A stretch of DNA of 18,397 bases from a virus (Duplodnaviria > Heunggongvirae > Uroviricota > Caudoviricetes): the IMG/VR virus record IMGVR_UViG_3300044797_000163, positions 1 through 18,397 of that record; one strand, given 5' to 3'. This document shows, piece by piece, positions 1 to 5,223 of the stretch (position 1 is the stretch's first letter; each line of letters opens with the position of its first letter). The translations under genes were made by a program, and so were the position numbers. The notes beneath the pieces are model-generated. The model did not search any database. It saw only the letters and a program-made list of their open reading frames with translations, and had not been told where the DNA came from.

Positions 1-85
1 TATTGGTTAGCCCGAACTTGTACCACTGCTCTGTACCAGTGAACTGGCCAAGGTCAGACAGTTTCAAATCCATTAGTTTTGGCAT
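1..85 (-). CDS. Partial hypothetical phage protein running off the window edge (MPKLMDLKLSDLGQFTGTEQWYKFGLTN...), resembling a DUF6876-type N-terminus
   Basis: ATG at 85 preceded by a strong SD (AAGGAGGT); open frame to the window edge. The L-x-Q-F-T-G-T-E-x-W-Y motif is recalled from DUF6876-like proteins and was not searched. Confidence 0.7.
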   Translation of the reverse strand, partial: MPKLMDLKLSDLGQFTGTEQWYKFGLTN

Positions 86-164
86 CTTGTTTGTACCTCC
101 TTCTCTTTGCCATAGAGATTGTCAGTTCGTTGTGAACCTCGAAGTCTGGTTCGTTCTCACTCAT
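54..164 (-). CDS. Small hypothetical protein, 36 aa (MSENEPDFEVHNELTISMAKRRRYKQDAKTNGFETV), possibly a truncated gene
   Basis: SD GCAGGAG just upstream of the ATG at 164; lies directly downstream of the promoter at 194-223; its 3' end overlaps the next gene's SD. Confidence 0.45.
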   Translation of the reverse strand: MSENEPDFEVHNELTISMAKRRRYKQDAKTNGFETV

Positions 165-193
165 AGCTCCTGCTTTCTGTCCGGCAACCGGAC

Positions 194-223
194 GTTATAC
201 CAATATGGATGCAGCACTGTCAA
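194..223 (-). promoter_or_regulatory. Sigma70-type promoter
   Basis: Minus strand reads TTGACA-18 nt-TATAAC with an extended -10 TG (TGgTATAAC). Confidence 0.7.
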
Positions 224-230
224 CTTGGAT

Positions 231-479
231 TCATTCGTCATTGTCAGCATGGTATAATGACTCTTCACCCGCCATGCTCTCACCAATGCCGCCCTCCTGC
301 AAACATTGCTTCAATAAATCAAAAGCAGAGTCATACTCAACCGTGACTTTGTGCAACGTGCCAAAGCTCGCATGAGGTTGACCCACCATTGCATTCTTCG
401 CCGCCTTGCGCGTGCGCTCACGAATCGAATAGGCGGGTGAGTCATCCAATCGCTCGGCAACCCAATAAGTTAGTTTCAT
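231..479 (-). CDS. Hypothetical phage protein, 82 aa (MKLTYWVAERLDDSPAYSIR...)
   Basis: ORF track; ATGA overlap with the stop of the upstream gene at 476-479, indicating translational coupling. Confidence 0.8.
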   Translation of the reverse strand: MKLTYWVAERLDDSPAYSIRERTRKAAKNAMVGQPHASFGTLHKVTVEYDSAFDLLKQCLQEGGIGESMAGEESLYHADNDE

Positions 480-844
480 AAATCACCGCGTGCTTTCTCT
501 GTCAATTTGGATTCTTTAAACTTGTACCCATCGGCATTAGGGTACAGTTTGTCGTACTCCTCGGTGGACAGCGCAACCTCACGAACACGCGATACTTTGG
601 TATAGATACCTCGAAACATATCGCGCAAACGTGCATCGCCTGAGAATTCAGGTTGGTTGGCATCAAGCGCACGGGTAATGAGTGCTTCGATCTCACCCGC
701 CACTAACAGCTCACTGCATATCTCGCAAGCGGCCATATAACCAGCATTCATTTGAATATGCAATGCTGGCACATCGATCTCCGGTTGTTTGAACATCCAG
801 ACCGGATTCGGTCGCGTGCAAAAATCACAAACCAAGCTCTTCAT
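476..844 (-). CDS. Putative zinc-binding hypothetical protein, 122 aa (CDFC...CEIC)
   Basis: Two CxxC pairs; SD AAGAGGTGA upstream; tightly packed with its neighbours. Confidence 0.8.
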   Translation of the reverse strand: MKSLVCDFCTRPNPVWMFKQPEIDVPALHIQMNAGYMAACEICSELLVAGEIEALITRALDANQPEFSGDARLRDMFRGIYTKVSRVREVALSTEEYDKLYPNADGYKFKESKLTEKARGDL

Positions 845-847
845 AGT

Positions 848-1120
848 TCACCTCTTAGGAATTTGCTGGCCTAACACGTATTCCACGCAATAGGCCATAT
901 ACATTGGATCATTTTCTTGACCCAAGGTTTCATTGATTCGTGCAATCACTGGCCGAATGATCTCTTCGGCAACAATGTCCGCATAGCTACGGTGTTGATT
1001 GCTCGGGTCGCCTGTCATCCTGTAACGCTTGTACAGGTTGACCGCCTTGGCAATCTCCGCTGGCAATAGAAAATCCGGCAACGTGATGTAACGGCGCTCA
1101 GTTGTGTTATCAGTGTTCAT
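848..1120 (-). CDS. Hypothetical phage protein, 90 aa
   Basis: SD AAGGGAG before the ATG at 1120; 3 nt gap to the next gene. Confidence 0.85.
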   Translation of the reverse strand: MNTDNTTERRYITLPDFLLPAEIAKAVNLYKRYRMTGDPSNQHRSYADIVAEEIIRPVIARINETLGQENDPMYMAYCVEYVLGQQIPKR

Positions 1121-1178
1121 TGTGATCTCCCTTCAGATCATCTCCGAATCGCCGTTCTGCAATTAGTTTCGGCGTCAC
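1110..1178 (-). CDS. Possible micro-ORF, 22 aa ([22 protein letters not shown]), or the remnant of a gene start
   Basis: GTG start preceded by a perfect SD AAGGAGGT; the initiation region resembles that of the gene starting at 85. Confidence 0.3.
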   Translation of the reverse strand: MTPKLIAERRFGDDLKGDHNEH

Positions 1179-1339
1179 TGTGACCTCCTTCCGAGTTTGT
1201 TGTGAGTGTCTTTGACAAGTCCGGCCTCAACGTCCAAGCCATGCCATTATCTACCAGCTCTTGAAATAGGGCAATGGTTTGTGCCTCATCCAATTGCCCA
1301 TCTTCCCAAGCCATTAACTGCCCTACCATGTCGCATCAT
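1138..1339 (-). pseudogene. Small phage protein (..[34 protein letters not shown]..), apparently frameshifted at its start and with a foreign C-terminus
   Basis: SD AAAAGGGAG precedes ATGs at 1339 and 1336, both out of frame with ORF 1138-1329. The family motif W/Y-E-x-G-x-L-D...FQELVDxGxAWxL is recalled to continue QGxYGR, which is absent here (unverified). Confidence 0.45.
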
Positions 1340-1373
1340 TGATCTCCCTTTTGGTCGAATATGGCGAGCTGTT

Positions 1374-1553
1374 CTACCTTAATTGTCCTGCCAGTCGAGG
1401 ACCTGACCACATCGGACACAGATGTAATAGCAGTTTCCACGGTCCGCCTGATTTGCTAGTGTCGCCATATTTCCGCTCTGCCACGTTTTCTGCCGGATAG
1501 CAGTCTTTACAGAAGTCGAGTGGATCGTTGCTGGAATCGTAGATGCGCGGCAT
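1374..1553 (-). pseudogene. Cys-motif protein (MPRIYDSSNDPLDFCKDCYP...), probably frameshifted near 1441; the alternative frame continues RGNCYYICVRCGQVLDWQDN-stop (1441-1379)
   Basis: TAATG coupling to the upstream gene; one CxxC in the first frame and a second CxxC in the other frame ending at a TAA at 1379-1381. Confidence 0.5.
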
Positions 1554-1756
1554 TAGATTCTCTCCTCCATGGCTTGCACGGCTACCAGCATATTCTTGAC
1601 CATCTTATCCACGGCATAGAACAGCTCACCATAAGACAGGCCGGACTCCTTAAAATCTTCGCCGCTAGAATGCACGGTCAGGTTGTATTTGTTGACTATA
1701 TTGTTATCCGACGCTTCGACTTCGAATTGCAGTTTGTAGGGTTGGCGCGTGATCAT
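1553..1756 (-). CDS. Hypothetical protein, 67 aa (MITRQPYKLQFEVEASD...)
   Basis: Part of track ORF 1553-1783; SD CGGAGGT and an ATGA overlap favour the start at 1756. Confidence 0.75.
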   Translation of the reverse strand: MITRQPYKLQFEVEASDNNIVNKYNLTVHSSGEDFKESGLSYGELFYAVDKMVKNMLVAVQAMEERI

Positions 1757-1923
1757 TGGATAAGACCTCCGATGATGCTGCACACTTCAGCAGCGGCTAA
1801 CAGTGTGACGCCGATAACCGCGATTGCCCAAGCCGTGTAACGCATGGCCGTCTTGAGCGATTGCCAGATGCTAGGCATGACTGGCACAATTGACAGGGTA
1901 ATAAACTCCATCAATGCTTCCAT
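1753..1923 (-). CDS. Small membrane protein, 56 aa (MEALMEFITLSIVPVMPSIWQSLKTAMRYTAWAIAVIGVTLLAAAEVCSIIGGLIQ)
   Basis: Translated by hand; SD CAGGAG; hydrophobic C-terminal helix; stop overlaps the next ATG. Confidence 0.7.
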   Translation of the reverse strand: MEALMEFITLSIVPVMPSIWQSLKTAMRYTAWAIAVIGVTLLAAAEVCSIIGGLIQ

Positions 1924-1952
1924 CGTGATCTCCTGATGCTAGATGCATCCAC

Positions 1953-1977
1953 GGCTAGCTACTCATAATAGCTAGCC
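1953..1977. terminator. Perfect 9-bp hairpin in an intergenic gap (terminator, processing or operator element)
   Basis: GGCTAGCTA-CTCATAA-TAGCTAGCC; no U-tract on either strand. Confidence 0.45.
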
Positions 1978-1988
1978 TAAGTCACACC

Positions 1989-2204
1989 TTACATTTCCTG
2001 ATTAAACCCTCTATCCATGAACACATCACCCAATGCATCTAGGATGCGGTCCCGGAGAGAGATTGCTATCACTGCCGCACTACCGTGTTGGCCGTGCAAC
2101 CATAGGCCGACGCCAAAGAACATAGCGGCCACTAGTAGCCATTTGTGGTTGCTGTGAGCTAATGCGACTGCCTTGTTGCGAAGCTTTACAGCTTGGAGTG
2201 TCAT
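1989..2204 (-). CDS. Small membrane protein, 71 aa (MTLQAVKLRNKAVALAHSNHKWLLVAAMFFGVGLWLHG...)
   Basis: 3' part of track ORF 1989-2381; SD TGAGG upstream of the ATG at 2204; one TM-like segment. Confidence 0.7.
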   Translation of the reverse strand: MTLQAVKLRNKAVALAHSNHKWLLVAAMFFGVGLWLHGQHGSAAVIAISLRDRILDALGDVFMDRGFNQEM

Positions 2205-2218
2205 AAGCGTTAACCTCA
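2196..2218. repeat. 23-bp direct repeat, copy 1 (21/23 identical to 2853-2875), covering the SD, spacer and first three codons
   Basis: GAGTGTCATAAGCGTTAACCTCA versus GAGTGTCATTAGCGTTAGCCTCA. Confidence 0.85.
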
Positions 2219-2235
2219 GAGGTGAGTTTGCCTTG

Positions 2236-2421
2236 CTACACAGACTGATACTCATGGCCCGGAACTGATTCCAATCCCTTGAGTGCTTCCCGTTCGTAAT
2301 CGGGACAATCACAGTGGCCTTTGCCGTGACAATGCACGCATTGGATGCTGGGATTGTTCGAGGGTTGCAGTTTGCTAGCAACCCAATTAGTTTGCGCGTG
2401 ATACTGCTTGAATTTGTTCAT
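2236..2421 (-). CDS. Small Cys/His-rich protein, 61 aa (CVHCHGKGHCDC)
   Basis: SD CGGAGGA; CxxCxGxG zinc-knuckle-like motif of the DnaJ central-domain type. Confidence 0.75.
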   Translation of the reverse strand: MNKFKQYHAQTNWVASKLQPSNNPSIQCVHCHGKGHCDCPDYEREALKGLESVPGHEYQSV

Positions 2422-2447
2422 GTTATCCTCCGTTGATTACTTCCACG

Positions 2448-2669
2448 CTAGCGCTCAAATTCTGGAAGATCATTCGATTCGAGCACGACTTGGTGATTGT
2501 CCACTTTGGTATCCGTAACAGGGGCGATCACTAATTCCTCGTCATAGTTACGGAAACAACAGGCAATGTTGCCTTCTATCTTGCGTATCGCCTGTAAGTG
2601 GGCTATCATCTCATCGATGGTTAGCGGTTTGCCCATCCCGTAGTTGGCTTCCCAGCGGTTAGCTAACAT
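2448..2669 (-). CDS. Hypothetical protein, 73 aa (MLANRWEANYGMGKPLTIDEMIAHL...)
   Basis: SD CGGAGGT before the ATG at 2669, inside track ORF 2448-2705. Confidence 0.75.
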   Translation of the reverse strand: MLANRWEANYGMGKPLTIDEMIAHLQAIRKIEGNIACCFRNYDEELVIAPVTDTKVDNHQVVLESNDLPEFER

Positions 2670-2766
2670 GAGACCTCCGCTTGGCTTCCGTTGAATACAG
2701 GGCATAGCCGATAGCGACTATGATGCTATCGATCGAAGCCGCTAGGATTAGAGTTAGGACCATCAT
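2659..2766 (-). CDS. Tiny membrane peptide, 35 aa (MMVLTLILAASIDSIIVAIGYALYSTEAKRRSHVS)
   Basis: Translated by hand; ATGA coupling to the upstream ORF; hydrophobic core followed by a basic tail. Confidence 0.55.
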   Translation of the reverse strand: MMVLTLILAASIDSIIVAIGYALYSTEAKRRSHVS

Positions 2767-2861
2767 AGCGTCACTCCCAGCGAGCGGAGAATTGACGCCA
2801 GAATGATTAGCAGGGCTATGGCGTAGTAGCTGAACGATTCGGCTTTGAGATTGAGTGTCAT
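2763..2861 (-). CDS. Tiny membrane peptide, 32 aa (MTLNLKAESFSYYAIALLIILASILRSLGVTL); first gene of the leftward operon
   Basis: Translated by hand; SD TGAGG; about 30 nt downstream of the leftward promoter. Confidence 0.6.
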   Translation of the reverse strand: MTLNLKAESFSYYAIALLIILASILRSLGVTL

Positions 2862-2875
2862 TAGCGTTAGCCTCA
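2853..2875. repeat. 23-bp direct repeat, copy 2
   Basis: 21/23 identical to 2196-2218. Confidence 0.85.
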
Positions 2876-2897
2876 ATTGGATTGTTAAAGCATGGCC

Positions 2898-2925
2898 ATC
2901 ATAGCACATGGTTGACAGTAGTCAA
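2898..2925 (-). promoter_or_regulatory. Leftward sigma70 promoter for the small-gene operon
   Basis: TTGACT (2925-2920), 16 nt, TATGAT (2903-2898), with an extended -10 TG. Confidence 0.7.
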
Positions 2926-2940
2926 GCGCTATAGTATATT
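2912..2940 (+). promoter_or_regulatory. Rightward sigma70 promoter overlapping the leftward one
   Basis: TTGACA (2912-2917), 17 nt, TATATT (2935-2940). The two -35 boxes form the palindrome TTGAC-AGTA-GTCAA. Confidence 0.7.
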
Positions 2941-3269
2941 TTCTTTTCAATAACTTACGATTTCCACAATTGTGCGCTATCGCACGTATTACCTAGCAGA
3001 GGGAAAAAAGTTGAGGTTGCGGACCTCGAAGCAAAAAACCTCAAATCGCAAACTCTGAAAACCCTCCGGATGGTATCAATTCGGTATCACTGAGCTGATA
3101 TCACGTGTAGAATGTTAGTGTTAGGTAGTATGCTGTATTCTATTTAATCGTTTTTGTTGATGCCGATAGGGTCCCCTATTCTTGGGGATGCTAAGGGGAT
3201 GCCGCCAGGCCCCCTTGCGGCCCGCGAGCCGGTGCAAGTTGCCTGGTGATACCCCGGGAAAGTACGTCC

Positions 3270-3298
3270 TTGACAAACACGACGCTGGTTAGTATAAT
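3270..3298 (+). promoter_or_regulatory. Perfect-consensus sigma70 promoter, probably giving a leaderless transcript
   Basis: TTGACA-17 nt-TATAAT; the ATG at 3305 lies 7 nt after the -10 box. Confidence 0.9.
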
Positions 3299-3304
3299 GT
3301 CTGT

Positions 3305-3832
3305 ATGGTTAATGCAGGTATGGCTCTAGGATCTATCTCTTCCAATATCACGAAACCGGTTTACCGGTATTTCGTATTCGAATACGACCATTCCTATCCC
3401 ATAAATGAAGAAATCCTGAATCGATTTGGTTCCGGAGGGTGGGAAGCGGTATGTTCTCTCACAAATTTAGGTCGTCCGGCACTACTTTTCAAACGCTTCG
3501 AAGGCTGGCACCCGGCCATCCCCTTGCCGCCGTCTTCCCAGGAGCCCTTACCGGCGTCCTCTAACAGACCGGAGCAGATCAGCCAAGCTGAAGAACAGAC
3601 TGCCGAGCAAGCATTCGGTGAACTCAACCGCATCGTTGAAGAGATCGTCACTCCGAACACTACGGCAACCTGCAACATCTGCAATCAGCCGATGCCGGAA
3701 GGCGAAGAGATGTTCAACTATCACGGCTACAGCGGCCCCTGCCCGCCCCCGCCACCGAAGTTCAGTCATTATGACTGTGGTGAATTCATCCATACTGACG
3801 AGAATGGATACGTGATTGGACCGGTGATCTAA
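3305..3832 (+). CDS. Hypothetical protein, 175 aa, with a DUF4177-like N-terminal domain and C-terminal Cys/His motifs
   Basis: Y-x-Y...EEILNRFGSGGWEAV...LLFKR matches the DUF4177-type pattern as recalled; C-terminal CNIC...H..C and H-x-x-C. Confidence 0.75.
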   Translation: MVNAGMALGSISSNITKPVYRYFVFEYDHSYPINEEILNRFGSGGWEAVCSLTNLGRPALLFKRFEGWHPAIPLPPSSQEPLPASSNRPEQISQAEEQTAEQAFGELNRIVEEIVTPNTTATCNICNQPMPEGEEMFNYHGYSGPCPPPPPKFSHYDCGEFIHTDENGYVIGPVI

Positions 3833-4065
3833 TGACTGAAACAAAGGCACCAGTTCAGTTACACCCAGTTGGTAACTCGTTGCAGTGCGCCACCCAGGGA
3901 TTCACCACCGAGGACTGCTCGTCCGCTCTCGTTAGTGATGGTTTCTACTGGCGCTGTCCTTATAACCACATTCAAGGCTTTGATCAAGCAGGAAAGCCGA
4001 TCCGCAAGATTGCCGATCGGCGCCCCTCAGTGCGCAAGGGCCATCTGAATCGAGATGTCCTATGA
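3832..4065 (+). CDS. Hypothetical protein, 77 aa (Cys/His motifs)
   Basis: TAATG coupling to the upstream stop. Confidence 0.65.
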   Translation: MTETKAPVQLHPVGNSLQCATQGFTTEDCSSALVSDGFYWRCPYNHIQGFDQAGKPIRKIADRRPSVRKGHLNRDVL

Positions 4066-4132
4066 ATTGGCCCGAGGCTGCAGTTTGTATCGCTTGCTTT
4101 GTTTTAATGTCAGTCATCGCATGGAAGCTGCT

Positions 4133-5029
4133 GTGAGCCACGCTTACTACAACGAAAACGATAAGTTTGCCGCAGCTTGGCTGAAAGAATTGATTAAAGC
4201 CGGGCATATAGCAGCAGGAGATGTAGATGATCGATCAATTGAGGACGTAACTCCTAATGATCTTAGAACATACACACAGTGTCACTTCTTCGCAGGCATC
4301 GGTGGTTGGAGTTATGCCCTCCGACTTGCAGGATGGCCGGACGATAAACGGGTCTGGACCGGATCATGTCCTTGCCAGCCTTTCAGCGCGGCAGGCCAAA
4401 GAAAAGGGATTGCTGACGAGCGGCACTTATGGCCGTCCTGGTTTCATCTTATCGAGCAGTGCGGCGCTTCAGTCGTTTTTGGGGAACAAGTTACGGCAAG
4501 CCTTAAACACGGCTGGCTCGACCTTGTTCAAGATGACTTGGAAGGAGCAGGTTACACCGTCGCAGCGCACGGTATCGCTGCCTGTAATCTCGGCGCTCCG
4601 CATCAACCGAAACGATTGTACTTCGTGGCGGACACCCGATCACACACCTCGTGGAGCACGGTTAGATCAGACCAAGGGACATCAAATCAACTTGCAGGAT
4701 CAAGCGATCCTGAGTGGTTGGTCAAGCCCACGAGCGAGCAAATGGGGATTTCCCGACTCTCATGGGAGCCACGAAGCTCCGACAGCCGGTTGGCCTGCGG
4801 ACGGAAGCATCAGAGAGAGAGTGGATCAGCTACCACGTCAAGCGGCACTTTCTGGTCAACCGTTGATTGGATCTATTGCCGGGACGAAAAGTATAGGCCA
4901 GTTGAACCCGGCACATTCCCGCTGGCTCATGGGGTTTCCAACAGAATGGGAAAGTTGCGCGGATATGGTAACGCTATCGTCCCACAAGTCGCCCAAGCGT
5001 TCATCGAAAGCTACTTAGGGACTTTATGA
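4133..5029 (+). CDS. C5-cytosine DNA methyltransferase, alpha-type polypeptide (about 298 aa from the GTG at 4133; ORF open from 4055)
   Basis: Motif I FFAGIGG (4286), motif IV GSCPCQPFS (catalytic Cys 4373-4375), motif VI GEQV, motif VIII GAPHQPKR, motif X LRGYGNAIVP (4955). No motif IX in this frame. Confidence 0.93.
   Translation: MSHAYYNENDKFAAAWLKELIKAGHIAAGDVDDRSIEDVTPNDLRTYTQCHFFAGIGGWSYALRLAGWPDDKRVWTGSCPCQPFSAAGQRKGIADERHLWPSWFHLIEQCGASVVFGEQVTASLKHGWLDLVQDDLEGAGYTVAAHGIAACNLGAPHQPKRLYFVADTRSHTSWSTVRSDQGTSNQLAGSSDPEWLVKPTSEQMGISRLSWEPRSSDSRLACGRKHQRESGSATTSSGTFWSTVDWIYCRDEKYRPVEPGTFPLAHGVSNRMGKLRGYGNAIVPQVAQAFIESYLGTL
4257..5018 (+). CDS. Nested +1-frame ORF, putative methyltransferase beta polypeptide supplying motif IX and a TRD-like region (start at 4257 or 4314)
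   Basis: 253 codons without a stop, entirely inside the alpha gene; ends with LNPAHSRWLMGFPTEW (4902 onward), a motif IX-like segment; precedent in M.EcoHK31I alpha/beta. Confidence 0.75.
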   Translation: MILEHTHSVTSSQASVVGVMPSDLQDGRTINGSGPDHVLASLSARQAKEKGLLTSGTYGRPGFILSSSAALQSFLGNKLRQALNTAGSTLFKMTWKEQVTPSQRTVSLPVISALRINRNDCTSWRTPDHTPRGARLDQTKGHQINLQDQAILSGWSSPRASKWGFPDSHGSHEAPTAGWPADGSIRERVDQLPRQAALSGQPLIGSIAGTKSIGQLNPAHSRWLMGFPTEWESCADMVTLSSHKSPKRSSKAT

Positions 5030-5223
5030 ACATCCCTCAGATCGCCGTACAGACCGCCAAGGACTTCGCCGGTAAGTGGCAATACAAAGGAGTGCTCTTC
5101 GTTAACCTCGATGACGCGCACCTAGCGTTTGCTACTGACCTTACCAACATGGTGCTCCAGCAAGTATTTCAACAGATGGCGGCTCAACAAGCAGCGCCAA
5201 GGATTGTGAGCACCGAATGCTAG
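5026..5223 (+). CDS. Hypothetical protein, 65 aa
   Basis: ATGA coupling to the MTase stop. Confidence 0.75.
   Translation: MNIPQIAVQTAKDFAGKWQYKGVLFVNLDDAHLAFATDLTNMVLQQVFQQMAAQQAAPRIVSTEC

Noticed and set aside
3-257. Track ORF on the plus strand (84 aa)
   Set aside because: Antisense to SD-supported minus-strand genes and a minus-strand promoter; no start signal or recognisable content.
1520-1840. Track ORF on the plus strand (106 aa)
   Set aside because: Shadow of the coupled minus-strand operon.
2205-2381. N-terminal extension of track ORF 1989-2381
   Set aside because: Overlaps gene 2236-2421; the SD and the repeated initiation motif point to a start at 2204.
4055-4132. Upstream extension of the MTase ORF
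   Set aside because: Family similarity begins at AYYNE; the GTG at 4133 (or ATG at 4121) is a better start.
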